Assembly: GCA_015478725.1 (NCBI GenBank)
Contig: JADMIG010000001.1
Span: 348,748 to 412,747 of the forward strand
Reading direction: 5' to 3'
Length of the DNA stretch: 64,000 nucleotides
Source of the DNA: Chloroflexota bacterium
GTDB lineage: Bacteria > Chloroflexota > Limnocylindria > Limnocylindrales > CSP1-4
Under the pieces are notes generated by a model. The model saw only the letters and a program-made list of their open reading frames with translations, did no database searches and was not told where the DNA came from. Below are positions 47,099-56,505 of the stretch, piece by piece (within the stretch, counting starts at the first letter, position 1; each line of letters starts with the position of its first letter). The translations under genes and the position numbers were made by a program.

Positions 47099-47397
47099 CC
47101 GCCCAGCCCCTCCGTGACGAACCGGCGGATCGCCGCCCCGGAGGTGGCGAGCCGGAGCTGGCGCCCGGCGATCTCGAGGACGGGGATCTCCTCCGCATGC
47201 GCGGCGAACCAGCGATCGTCTGTCGTGATGTCGCGATCCTCGATCGGCGAGACGCTCCGGCCTGCGGAGCGCCGCTCGGCCATGAGGGTCTCGAGGAACT
47301 CCCGGGTCTCCTCGCAGAGGCCGCAGCCGGGCTTGCCGTAGAGGATGATCGTCGGGTTCGGGTCGGTCGGGTGGATCGGTGCCGGCATCGCGGGCAT
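47095..47397 (-). CDS. glutaredoxin-like protein (mycoredoxin/NrdH-like, CGLC active site)
   Basis: TIILYGKPGCGLCEE thioredoxin-fold motif. 100 aa. Confidence 0.7.
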   Translation of the reverse strand: MPAMPAPIHPTDPNPTIILYGKPGCGLCEETREFLETLMAERRSAGRSVSPIEDRDITTDDRWFAAHAEEIPVLEIAGRQLRLATSGAAIRRFVTEGLGG

Positions 47398-47474
47398 TCT
47401 AGTCGCGAGCCAACGGACCGGCCCGGCAGTCTGACTCGGGTCCGCCGTCGCTGCGCGGTACGATGGCGGTCCGC

Positions 47475-47550
47475 GCCCCCGTAGCTCAGTGGATAGAGCG
47501 AGGCCGTCCTAAGGCCTGCGTCGGCGGTTCGAGTCCGTCCGGGGGCGCCA
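47475..47550 (+). tRNA. tRNA-Arg (anticodon CCT)
   Basis: 76 nt. Acceptor GCCCCCG/CGGGGGC, D-arm GCTC-AGTGGAT-AGAGC, anticodon stem AGGCC/GGCCT with loop GTCCTAA (CCT), T-arm GGCGG-TTCGAGT-CCGTC, discriminator G, CCA. A 7-bp hairpin (CCGTGTG...CACACGG) follows about 8 nt downstream. Confidence 0.8.
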
Positions 47551-47684
47551 CGAACGATCCGTGTGTCCAGCCACACGGTCTTCGCACAGACAGTTGCGCG
47601 GATGAGGTGCAGACTATGGAGGCGCCTGGGTCGTCGAGGATCTGAACCACCCGCCAGGCATCGCTCGAGAGTTCGTGAAGCACG

Positions 47685-48359
47685 ATGAGCAACTACCAGG
47701 TCGAACCCGCATCTCGCCCGCAGGCGGTGACGGAAGCAGCGATCAAGGCCCGTCGCGACGGGCAGGTCCAGGGCATCTCCCGCCGGACGCTTCTCCGTCG
47801 TTCACTCGGAGGCGGGATCGCCCTCTGGTTGTTCGAACTCGGCGCCGGCACGATCGGTTTCCTCTGGCCGAGCCTGGCCGGTGGCTTCGGTGGGGTCTTC
47901 ACGCTCGGCACCATCGACGACGCTGCGAGGACGATGGACACGATCGGGACCCAGTTCAAGGACGGCGCGCCAGCCCATTTCCTTGCCGCGCAGGCATTCG
48001 TCATGCTCATCAACCCTGACGTCTACAAGTTCATCCCGGGTGCCAGCCCGGAGGGCGACGGTGCGGCGACGAACGTGCGGACGCTCTGGCATCGCTGTAC
48101 GCATCTCGGCTGCACGCCGAACTTCTGCCCCTCGAATTTCTGGTTCGAGTGCCCCTGCCATGGATCGCGCTACGACCGCCTCGGCATCAAGATCCTCGGC
48201 CTGGGGCCCGCACCGCGGAGCCTTGACCGCTTCGCCTCGACGGTCGACGCCAAGGGGGTCCTGACAGTCGATACGGGCAAGATCACCCTCGGCCCTCTGC
48301 CGATCGCCCTCGGCCAGCCGGGCGTCATCCCGGCCACGTCGCCGGTCAGCTGTCTCTGA
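47685..48359 (+). CDS. Rieske [2Fe-2S] protein with Tat signal (cytochrome bc1/b6f iron-sulfur-subunit-like)
   Basis: RRTLLRRSLGGG twin-arginine motif plus a TM helix. Rieske boxes CTHLGC and CPCHGS. Confidence 0.8.
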   Translation: MSNYQVEPASRPQAVTEAAIKARRDGQVQGISRRTLLRRSLGGGIALWLFELGAGTIGFLWPSLAGGFGGVFTLGTIDDAARTMDTIGTQFKDGAPAHFLAAQAFVMLINPDVYKFIPGASPEGDGAATNVRTLWHRCTHLGCTPNFCPSNFWFECPCHGSRYDRLGIKILGLGPAPRSLDRFASTVDAKGVLTVDTGKITLGPLPIALGQPGVIPATSPVSCL

Positions 48360-48406
48360 TCACGCCCGCGGTTCCCCGCATCGTCCCCGCGACCGACCTC
48401 GGCGGA

Positions 48407-50572
48407 GTGAAGGTCCTCAAGCACGGTGACCTGTTCCTCCTGTCGGACGGTCTCGGCGACGTCCATGTCGACAGCCGCGGTCTCGGCCTCTACGAGGGGG
48501 ACACGCGGATCCTGTCGTGCCTCCTCCTGCGGTTGAACGGGGAGCGCCCCGTCCTCCTTCGCGGAGATACCGGGGCGAACCACCGCGGCGTGATCCAGAT
48601 GACGAATCCGGACACCCTGCCCGACCAGCGCAGGAAGGTGGACCCCCGGCTCTCCCTGGCTCGCGAATCGCTCGGCATCACCCGCGAGCGCGTCCTCGAT
48701 CGTGGCTTCCGCGAACGGATCACCCTGACGAACTTCAGCCCCCACCGGGAGCACCTCCGGATCGACCTCCGCATCGCCTTCGACGCGGCGGACATCTTCG
48801 AAGTCCGTGGGAGGCGCAGGCCCAGCCGCGGCGAGTTCGAGCCGATCGTGATCGGAGATGGAGGACGGCTCAGGTTCGGCTACGTCGGCCTCGATGCGCG
48901 CCTGCGGTCGGTGTTCGTGCATCCGCACGGGCCCGCGCGGGCGACGAGCGTCGACGAGGGCGAGGGATCGGTCATGCTGACGTGGGATCGCGTCCTCGCC
49001 CCCGGAGCGCGCGCCGAGCTCGGCTGGTCGATCTGGAGCAGGCTCTCGCCGCCGCGAGTCGTCCGCACAGGTCGGCGCGCTCGCGCGGCGACCGCGATCC
49101 CCATCGCTCCGAAGGTGGATCCCGCGCCCGGCGCCGAGGCATACCGCGTCTGGCTCGACGGCGGGACGACCGTGAAGTCGGACAATGAGCTCTTCGACCT
49201 CACGATCCGCCGCTCGTTCGCCGATCTCCGCTTCCTGCTCAACGAGGGACCGGGCCCGGGCGAACGCTATGTCGCGGCCGGCGTGCCCTGGTACGCGACC
49301 CTGTTCGGACGCGACGCGATCCTCACCGGCTACGAGGCGCTCGCCTTCCGACCATCGATCGCGATCGAGGCGCTCGAGGTGCTCGCCGCCCGCCAGGCCA
49401 CCTCAGTCGACGATTCGCGCGACGCGCAACCGGGCAAGATCCTCCACGAGCTGCGAACCGGGGAGATGGCTCGCGCCGGCGAGCTGCCCCACACGCCGTA
49501 CTACGGCAGTGTCGACTCCACCCCGCTGTGGCTCATCCTCCTCTGCGCGGCGTACGACTGGACCGGCGATCGCGCCCTCATCGACCGCCTCTGGCCCAAT
49601 GCGATCGCCGCGCTCGACTGGATCGATCGCTACGGGACCGACGAGCACGGCTTCCTCGTCTACGAGCGACGGGCCCCGGAGGGCCTCATCAACCAGGGCT
49701 GGAAGGACTCGGGCGACTCGGTCCGCGACCGGGCCGGGGGACTCGTGGACGCGCCGATCGCTCTCGCCGAGGTCCAGGGCTATGTCTACGACGCGAAACG
49801 GCGGATCGCCGGCCTCGCCCGCGTGCGCGGCGACGACGCACTCGCCGCACGGCTCGAACAGGAGGCCGAGACGCTGCGGCGGCGGTTTGAGGCCGCCTTC
49901 TGGGTCGCCGATCGCGGCTACTACGCGATGGCCATCGGTCGCGACGGTCGGCTCGCGGACGCCATCACCTCGAATCCCGCACAGGCGCTGTGGACGGGGA
50001 TCGTCGATCCCGATCGGGCGGCTGCGGTGGTCGCGATGGCGACCAGTCCAGGCCTCGACTCGGGATGGGGGATCCGGACGTACGCGGCCGGACAGCCCGG
50101 CTACAACCCGATCGGATACCACACCGGCTCCGTCTGGCCGCACGACACGGCGCTCATCGTCGACGGGCTCAGGCGCTACGGCTTCCGCGACGTCGCCGAC
50201 GTCCTCGCCGGCAAGGTCCTCGAGGCCGCCCAGTCATTCCCGGACTTCCGGCTGCCGGAGCTCTTCTGCGGCTTCTCGCGCGCGGAGGTCGGCGTGCCCG
50301 TCCCGTATCCGGTCGCCTGCTCCCCGCAGGCCTGGTCGGCGGGGGCTCCGCTGCTGTTCCTCACCGCGCTGCTGGGATTGCGGCCGAACGCGCACCGTCG
50401 TGAGCTCGAGCTCGTCAACCCGCAGCTGCCATCGTGGCTGACGAGTGTCACGATCAGCGATCTTCGAGTCGGGTCCGCCTCCGTGGACCTCCTGTTCCAC
50501 CGCTGGCGCGGCACGACGAGCGCGGAGGTCCTCCGCAAGCGGGGCGATCTCTCGGTTACGATCCGGATCTGA
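48407..50572 (+). CDS. amylo-alpha-1,6-glucosidase / glycogen-debranching-enzyme-like protein (GDE N- and C-terminal domains)
   Basis: 721 aa. N-terminal GDE_N-like region and C-terminal (alpha/alpha)6-barrel GDE_C-like region (YYGSVDSTPLW, GWKDSGD, SVWPHDTA). Confidence 0.7.
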   Translation: MKVLKHGDLFLLSDGLGDVHVDSRGLGLYEGDTRILSCLLLRLNGERPVLLRGDTGANHRGVIQMTNPDTLPDQRRKVDPRLSLARESLGITRERVLDRGFRERITLTNFSPHREHLRIDLRIAFDAADIFEVRGRRRPSRGEFEPIVIGDGGRLRFGYVGLDARLRSVFVHPHGPARATSVDEGEGSVMLTWDRVLAPGARAELGWSIWSRLSPPRVVRTGRRARAATAIPIAPKVDPAPGAEAYRVWLDGGTTVKSDNELFDLTIRRSFADLRFLLNEGPGPGERYVAAGVPWYATLFGRDAILTGYEALAFRPSIAIEALEVLAARQATSVDDSRDAQPGKILHELRTGEMARAGELPHTPYYGSVDSTPLWLILLCAAYDWTGDRALIDRLWPNAIAALDWIDRYGTDEHGFLVYERRAPEGLINQGWKDSGDSVRDRAGGLVDAPIALAEVQGYVYDAKRRIAGLARVRGDDALAARLEQEAETLRRRFEAAFWVADRGYYAMAIGRDGRLADAITSNPAQALWTGIVDPDRAAAVVAMATSPGLDSGWGIRTYAAGQPGYNPIGYHTGSVWPHDTALIVDGLRRYGFRDVADVLAGKVLEAAQSFPDFRLPELFCGFSRAEVGVPVPYPVACSPQAWSAGAPLLFLTALLGLRPNAHRRELELVNPQLPSWLTSVTISDLRVGSASVDLLFHRWRGTTSAEVLRKRGDLSVTIRI

Positions 50573-51617
50573 GGTCGGCCCGTCCTTCGCGGTCGGCGAC
50601 GACAGTCCGATAGATCCGCTCGTAGGCGTCCGTCATCCGCGTCGCGGAGAACCGTTCGAGGACCGATCGGCGGATCTCGCGCCGATCGAGCCCGGCGACG
50701 TCAGCAAGGCGGCGGGCCAGGGTGGCCGTGCGCGAGGCGAGATAGCCGTCGCGCCCCTCCCGCACGATCTCCGGCAGGGCGCCGACCGGTCGGGCGACGA
50801 CGGGCGTCCCGCAGGCGAGCGACTCAATGGCCACGAGGCCGAACGGTTCGGGCCAGGAACCGGGCATAAGCGTCGCATAGCTCGTCGCAAGGAGCCGATC
50901 CCGCTCCGCGCCGGACAGCTCGCCGAGATACTCGACGTCCGCGGTTCGCAGCGCAGGCAGGAAGACCGCCTCGTGATAGGCGAGCTCCGTGGGCGTCCAG
51001 CCGGCCTTGGCTGCCACCCGGAGTCGCCGACCGCTGAGGCGCGCGATCGAGATCGCATCGAGGATGCCCTTCTCGGGCGCGATCCGGCCGACGAAGCAGA
51101 GATCCTCGCCGGGCGCTTCGCTGAATGGCGACGCTGTCAGATCGAGCCCGTTGTGGATGACCGCGGTCCACGCGGCGGACGGTCGTGTCGACGCCTGGGC
51201 GGCGCTGATCGCCACGAGCTGCGCAGCCGGGTCGGCCAGGGTCCGGGCGGCCCAGGGCTGGTCGAGACGGCCATGGAAGGTGACGACCACCGGCGATCGA
51301 GTCGCGCGTGCGAGGAGCAGGCCAGCCCCCTCGAGGTGGGCGTGGATGACATCGAACGAACCCTCGTGATGGAGGACCTCGAGCATGGTGCTCACCACGT
51401 ACGGCCAGGGGTCGGCCGCGACGCCGCTCCCCCGGAGCGCGCGGGCGACCGTCGGGATGAGGCGTGCTCGTGCCGTCGAATCGCCACTCGCGAACAGGGT
51501 CAGGTCGTGGCCGCGACGCGTGAGCTCGGCCGTCAGGGCGGCCACGATCCGTTCGGTGCCACCGTAGCCTGGAGGAGGCACGGCTTCGACCGGCGGCGCG
51601 ACCTGGGCGATCCGCAT
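50556..51617 (-). CDS. glycosyltransferase family 4
   Basis: GT-B motifs: N-terminal MRIAQVAPP...GYGGTER, C-terminal E..EP.GLV..E...G.PV. Start chosen at M18 of the ORF. Confidence 0.75.
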   Translation of the reverse strand: MRIAQVAPPVEAVPPPGYGGTERIVAALTAELTRRGHDLTLFASGDSTARARLIPTVARALRGSGVAADPWPYVVSTMLEVLHHEGSFDVIHAHLEGAGLLLARATRSPVVVTFHGRLDQPWAARTLADPAAQLVAISAAQASTRPSAAWTAVIHNGLDLTASPFSEAPGEDLCFVGRIAPEKGILDAISIARLSGRRLRVAAKAGWTPTELAYHEAVFLPALRTADVEYLGELSGAERDRLLATSYATLMPGSWPEPFGLVAIESLACGTPVVARPVGALPEIVREGRDGYLASRTATLARRLADVAGLDRREIRRSVLERFSATRMTDAYERIYRTVVADREGRADLRSGS

Positions 51618-51768
51618 CGGCGCCCCCGGGCGCGGGGACGTCCGAGCGATGGTTCCGCGACGATTCATCGTCGACGAAGCCTATCCGCTGGCCGTCCACG
51701 GTGCCGCCGATGGGCGCGCCTGCGGTCCCGCCTGCCGAGCCGCGGTCCCGCCGGTATCCTGTCCGGGC

Positions 51769-52719
51769 ATGTCGCGCCCCCATGTCCCTCAACCGATCGT
51801 CGACCTCGCCCACGCGCGACGGACGGCGAGGCTCGCCCACGACTGGTCCCGCGCGGACGCGCTCCACGCGGCGATCGCGGCTGCCGGCTGGACGGTCATC
51901 GACGCCGGCGTCGACTTCGATCTCCGACCGCTCCGCCCAGCCGACGTCGTCCGCGACGGGACCACGATCCATGGTTCGTCCGAGTCGGTCCCGTCGCGCC
52001 TCGCCGACCCACCGAGCGAGCCGTACACGGTCGTCGTCCCGGTCGTCGCGCCGCCCTCGGCGGAGGAGGGCGCGGAGCGTCGATCGGCGGCCTCCGGGAC
52101 CGCGATTTGGCTCCCCGACGTCGACCCGAGCCGGATCGTCGCGGTCGTCATGGAGCAGTCGCCCTCGGCTTCCTCGGGCTCGATCGAGACGATCCGGCTC
52201 GCCGGTCGGCCCACCCCGGGGGCACTGCGGAACGCGGGCTGTCGGCGGGCGCGCGGGACCGTCGTCGTCGTCGTCGCGATGACCGTCAGCCGGGACGCGA
52301 TCGATCGCCTCATCGCCGGTCTCGGCGACCCCGAGGTCGCCATCGTCGGCACGCTCGGGCTTCGATCCGCTGACCTGCGGCGCTTCGATCCGATCGAGGG
52401 CATCGCCGAGGTCGATCCCGTCGCCGTGAGCGGTGCGGCGATCGCGTTCCGGCGCGACGAGTTCGAGCGCCACGGGCCGTTCGACGAGCTGTACCGCACG
52501 GAACGCTGGCTGGACATCTGGTGGAGCGTCGTCCTCCGCGACGCCGGTCGCGGGGGAGCTTCGCGGCGGGCGGTCGCGGTCCCGGACGGACGAGGCGACC
52601 GGCAGGCCGCGCTCGATCCGCGCGGCGCGAAGCGCGACGGATACCGCTTCCTCGACCGGTTCCGGGACCGCCCGGATCTCCTCCCGGAACATCACCGCGC
52701 GGGGGTCGACCGACCCTGA
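51769..52719 (+). CDS. hypothetical protein: N-terminal CysRS C-terminal-like motif, then a degenerate GT-A-like region
   Basis: ARRTARLAHDWSRADALHAAIAAAGWTVIDAGVDFDLRP resembles the conserved C-terminal segment of cysteinyl-tRNA synthetases. The rest is weakly GT2-like. The start is uncertain (the ORF opens at 51649). Confidence 0.35.
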   Translation: MSRPHVPQPIVDLAHARRTARLAHDWSRADALHAAIAAAGWTVIDAGVDFDLRPLRPADVVRDGTTIHGSSESVPSRLADPPSEPYTVVVPVVAPPSAEEGAERRSAASGTAIWLPDVDPSRIVAVVMEQSPSASSGSIETIRLAGRPTPGALRNAGCRRARGTVVVVVAMTVSRDAIDRLIAGLGDPEVAIVGTLGLRSADLRRFDPIEGIAEVDPVAVSGAAIAFRRDEFERHGPFDELYRTERWLDIWWSVVLRDAGRGGASRRAVAVPDGRGDRQAALDPRGAKRDGYRFLDRFRDRPDLLPEHHRAGVDRP

Positions 52720-52748
52720 CGAAGGAGACGCCGCCTATACTCCCGCCC

Positions 52749-54338
52749 ATGGCGGCTCCGGCGTTCGTGGTCCCTGGACAACGCCGTCGCGGAAGGGCGC
52801 CGGTCATCGGTCTCGTCCTCGCCGTCGCCGGCATCTCCATCGCTCTCGCCTGGCCGTATGGCGGGGTGGCTCGAGGCGCTGCGCCGGACAGCGTCACGAT
52901 CCTCGGCGGCGCCGCGACGACACTCGATCCTGCGGCCCAGGGCGACGTTGCCAGCGCTGCCGTCACCGCCCAGATCTACGAGAGTCTCACCGCCTTCGAT
53001 CCCGGCCTCATCCTGCGGCCGGCGCTCGCGGCGTCATGGGACGTCGCGCCGGGCGGCCGTCGCGTGGTCTTCCACCTCCGACCGAACCTGACCTTCTCCG
53101 ACGGGACGCCCCTGACGGCCGCCGATGTCGTCCGGAGCTGGCTGCGGGTCATCGATCCCCGGGCTCCCTCGCCGCTCGCGTCGCTCCTCGCCGATGTCGT
53201 CGGCGCGTCGGCGTTCCTGCGCGGGAGCTCGACGGACCCGTCCACCGTCGGCCTCAGGGCCAACGGCTCGGACGTCGAGGTGGACCTCGTCCAGCCGGCC
53301 GCCGATGTCGCCGCGATCATCGCCAGCCCAACCTTCGGCGTCGTCCCATCGAGCGGCCCCCTCGACGGCAGTGTCGGCAGCGGCGGATACGTCGTGACCG
53401 CGACCTCGGCGACGGAGCTCACGCTCACCGCGAATCCGCGGTACTGGGCCGGCCGGCCGGTCATCGGCACGGTGCATCTGCTCACCACCCTCGGCGGCCG
53501 CAGCCCGGTCGACGCGTTCACCGCCGGGACGGTCGACTACACACCGATCGACGACACGGATGCCGCCTGGATCGCCTACGACCAGGCGCTCGGACCGTCC
53601 CTGCGGTCCGTCCCATCGCTCTCGGTCGAATACCTCGGGTTCGACGTCCGCCAGCATCCGTTCGACGACGTTCGCGTCCGACAGGCATTCGCGCTCGCGG
53701 TGGACTGGGCCCGCCTCGTCACGCTTGCATCGACCGGGACCAGCGTTCCCGCCACGAGCATGGTGCCGCCGGGGATCCCCGGGCGTCCGCCGGGCGACTT
53801 CAGCGAGCACGCCGACCCGACCGCCGCGCGGCAGCTCCTCGCGGCGGTCGGCTACCCGGGCGGGGCCGGCTTCCCGAGCATCACCTACCTGTCCGGCGGG
53901 ACACCGATCGACGCGGGCATCGTCCGCCAGCTGCACGATGTCCTCGGCGTGACGATCGGCTACGAGACGATGGACTTCAACTCGTACTTCGCCCGGCTCG
54001 CCTCGGCCCCGCCAGCGATCTGGTCGCTCGGATGGTCGGCCGACTACCCGGGATCGAACGACTTCCTCGGCCTGTTGCTCGGGACCGGGCAGGCGAACAA
54101 CTACGGCCATTGGAGCTCGGCGACCTTCGACGCGGCGATCGCGGCGGTGGCGACCGCGACGGACGCGGCGGCGGCCAAGGACGCCTATGCGCGTGCCCAG
54201 ACGATCGTCCACGATGCGGCGCCGGTCATCCCGATCTCGTATGGCTCGGGCTGGGCGCTGTCGCGGTCGGGCCTTCTGGGTGCCGCAGACGGCGGGGTCG
54301 GGTTCATCCGGTTCGCCGGCCTGGCGTGGGGGCCATGA
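52749..54338 (+). CDS. ABC transporter substrate-binding protein, family 5 (peptide/nickel/oligosaccharide type)
   Basis: Signal peptide, then SBP_bac_5-like architecture (YESLTAFDP, PRYW, NxxxYxSxE-type motifs). Confidence 0.7.
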   Translation: MAAPAFVVPGQRRRGRAPVIGLVLAVAGISIALAWPYGGVARGAAPDSVTILGGAATTLDPAAQGDVASAAVTAQIYESLTAFDPGLILRPALAASWDVAPGGRRVVFHLRPNLTFSDGTPLTAADVVRSWLRVIDPRAPSPLASLLADVVGASAFLRGSSTDPSTVGLRANGSDVEVDLVQPAADVAAIIASPTFGVVPSSGPLDGSVGSGGYVVTATSATELTLTANPRYWAGRPVIGTVHLLTTLGGRSPVDAFTAGTVDYTPIDDTDAAWIAYDQALGPSLRSVPSLSVEYLGFDVRQHPFDDVRVRQAFALAVDWARLVTLASTGTSVPATSMVPPGIPGRPPGDFSEHADPTAARQLLAAVGYPGGAGFPSITYLSGGTPIDAGIVRQLHDVLGVTIGYETMDFNSYFARLASAPPAIWSLGWSADYPGSNDFLGLLLGTGQANNYGHWSSATFDAAIAAVATATDAAAAKDAYARAQTIVHDAAPVIPISYGSGWALSRSGLLGAADGGVGFIRFAGLAWGP

Positions 54339-55711
54339 GACGGCCGCCGCGCCCCGGCCGCGTGACGCCGGCTCTCCGCATCGTCGGCGCGATCGTGCTG
54401 GCGATCTCGAGTGGACTCCTGCCCGCCGGGGCCGCGAACGTCGCCGCGGCCGGGGCGACGTTCGGCACGCCGACGGCGGCCTCGACGTTCGGCACGAGTG
54501 TCGTCTTCACCCAGCCGGTCGCCCTCGCGACGGCTCCCGATCGAGCCGAGATCCTCATCGATGCGCCCGGCTCGATCGGTCCGAACGTCACCGAGGTGCC
54601 GCTGCCGCCGAGCGGCGCCCGGACGCTCCGCTTCTCCCTCCCGCTCGCTGGCGGACACCTGTTCCCGAACACGACGCTGACCGCCCGCTGGCGCCTCACC
54701 TACGGGACCCGCGTGGAGATCGGGCCCGCCGTCGCCGTGGTCTACGCCGACACGCGGTTCGCGTGGCGGACCCTGACCGGCTCGCTCATCCGGATCCACT
54801 GGTACGACGGCGACGGCGCGTTCGGCGCCCGTGCCCTCGCGATCGCGGAAAGCGGGGTCCGCACCGCCGAGCAGCTCCTCGGCGTCACCGAGACCGCGCC
54901 GATCGACTTCTTCGTCTATGCGGCGCAGGCTCCCTTCTACGACGCGCTCGGTCCGGGGACCCGCGAGAACGTGGGCGGAGAGGCGGTGACCGGGATCCGA
55001 ACGCTGTTCGCGCTCATCACGCCGGCCGAGGTGAATGCGTCCTGGGTGAGCACCGTCCTGCCGCATGAGCTCACCCATCTGGTCTTCGACACGGCGGTGA
55101 ACAACCCATATCACTTCCCACCCCGCTGGCTCAACGAGGGGCTCGCGGTCTACCTGTCGCAGGGCTACGACGCCACCGATCGAGCCCTCGTCGCCAGCGC
55201 CGCGTCCGGCAGGACGCTCATCCCGCTCGCCGGGCTCGTGGGTCAGTTCCCGACGACCCTGGATCAGTTCTCGCTCGCGTATGCGGAGAGTGTCTCCGCC
55301 GTTGATTACCTCGTCCGGACCCACGGTCGAGCGACGCTCGTCGCCCTCATCCGCTCGTACGCGACGGGCGTCACGGATGACGAGGCGTTCACGGCCGCCA
55401 TCGGGATGGCCGCCACCGTGTTCGATCGTCAGTGGCTCGCGTCGCTCGGGGCGACCGTGCCGGTCAGGGTGGGACCACAGCCGGCGCCGGCGGGGCCCAT
55501 CGCTCCCGGCTGGTCAGGGTCCGGTACTGCCGCTGCACCGGCGCCTGGATCCGTGGGTGCGGAGCCGTCGGCCGGCGCACCGGCGCTGACGATCGCGACC
55601 GGCCCTCCGGTCGCGATCGATATGAGGCTCCTTATCGCCCTCGCGGCCATGGTGGCCGGGGCCGCGCTCCTCCTGGGCCTCTGGGTGCGCGAGCGAAGGC
55701 CGCGCCGATGA
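54335..55711 (+). CDS. secreted/membrane-anchored HEXXH zinc-metallopeptidase-like protein (peptidase MA clan)
   Basis: Signal peptide, HELTH motif with a downstream E (NEGLAVYLSQGY), C-terminal TM anchor. ATGA overlap with the SBP gene. Confidence 0.5.
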   Translation: MRRPPRPGRVTPALRIVGAIVLAISSGLLPAGAANVAAAGATFGTPTAASTFGTSVVFTQPVALATAPDRAEILIDAPGSIGPNVTEVPLPPSGARTLRFSLPLAGGHLFPNTTLTARWRLTYGTRVEIGPAVAVVYADTRFAWRTLTGSLIRIHWYDGDGAFGARALAIAESGVRTAEQLLGVTETAPIDFFVYAAQAPFYDALGPGTRENVGGEAVTGIRTLFALITPAEVNASWVSTVLPHELTHLVFDTAVNNPYHFPPRWLNEGLAVYLSQGYDATDRALVASAASGRTLIPLAGLVGQFPTTLDQFSLAYAESVSAVDYLVRTHGRATLVALIRSYATGVTDDEAFTAAIGMAATVFDRQWLASLGATVPVRVGPQPAPAGPIAPGWSGSGTAAAPAPGSVGAEPSAGAPALTIATGPPVAIDMRLLIALAAMVAGAALLLGLWVRERRPRR

Positions 55712-56505
55712 GCCGCCTGCGCGTGACCTCGATCGCCCGCACCTTCGGCTTCGCCACCTGGCAGATCACGCTCGGCGCGGCGCTCCTCGTCCTCGGCTTC
55801 GTCATCGCGGCCCAGCTCCAGTCGCAGACACCGCGGACGTCGTACACGAGCCAGGAGCGGGCGCCGCTCGTCCAGACCGCGCTCGAGCTGCAGTCCCAGC
55901 AGGATGCCCTCAAGCAGCAGCTCCTCGACCTTCGAACGCGCATCAGCGGCATCGAGGCGCAGAGCGCGGGAAGCGCCGCCACGGTGACGCAGCTCAACGA
56001 CGCGCTGCAGCGGGCGCGGATCGGCGCCGGCCTCATCGCCATCCACGGACCGGGCCTCGTCATCCAGCTTGCGGACTCCGACGCGCCGATCCCACCGGGG
56101 GCGAACAGCTCCGACTATCGGGTCAGCGGCAGCGATGTCCGGACCATCGTCCGGGAGCTGTGGCTCGCCGGCGCCGAGGCCGTCGCGGTCAACGGGGAGC
56201 GGGTGACCGTCTCCACGGCGATCCTCGACATCGGCGGCTCGGTGCTCGTCAACTCCGCCTATCTCGCCCCGCCCTACCAGGTGGCGGCGATCGGGCCGCC
56301 CGACCTGTACCGGACGATGTCCGCCGCGCCATCGTTCGTCGCGTTCATCCGGGCTCGGGCAGAGACGTTCGGGATCAGGGTCTCGTTCGCCGAACCGTCC
56401 GACGTGACGATCCCGGCGTTCGCCGGCACGGTCAACCTCCGCTACGCCCAGCCCGCATCCCCGTCTCTGCCGCCGAGTCCGTCACCGTCGTCGGTCGTCC
56501 CGTGA
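55708..56505 (+). CDS. DUF881 family membrane protein (YlxW/YlxX-like, division-associated)
   Basis: N-terminal TM helix, coiled-coil, conserved C-terminal domain (VTAIGxxxxL). Paralog immediately downstream. Confidence 0.6.
   Translation: MSRLRVTSIARTFGFATWQITLGAALLVLGFVIAAQLQSQTPRTSYTSQERAPLVQTALELQSQQDALKQQLLDLRTRISGIEAQSAGSAATVTQLNDALQRARIGAGLIAIHGPGLVIQLADSDAPIPPGANSSDYRVSGSDVRTIVRELWLAGAEAVAVNGERVTVSTAILDIGGSVLVNSAYLAPPYQVAAIGPPDLYRTMSAAPSFVAFIRARAETFGIRVSFAEPSDVTIPAFAGTVNLRYAQPASPSLPPSPSPSSVVP

Noticed and set aside
47463-47645. 60-aa ORF overlapping tRNA-Arg
   Set aside because: The sequence is accounted for by the tRNA and its downstream hairpin.
52433-54334. Upstream part of the 1092-aa ORF 52433-55711
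   Set aside because: It overlaps the substrate-binding-protein gene in another frame. The metallopeptidase-like protein starts at the ATG at 54335.
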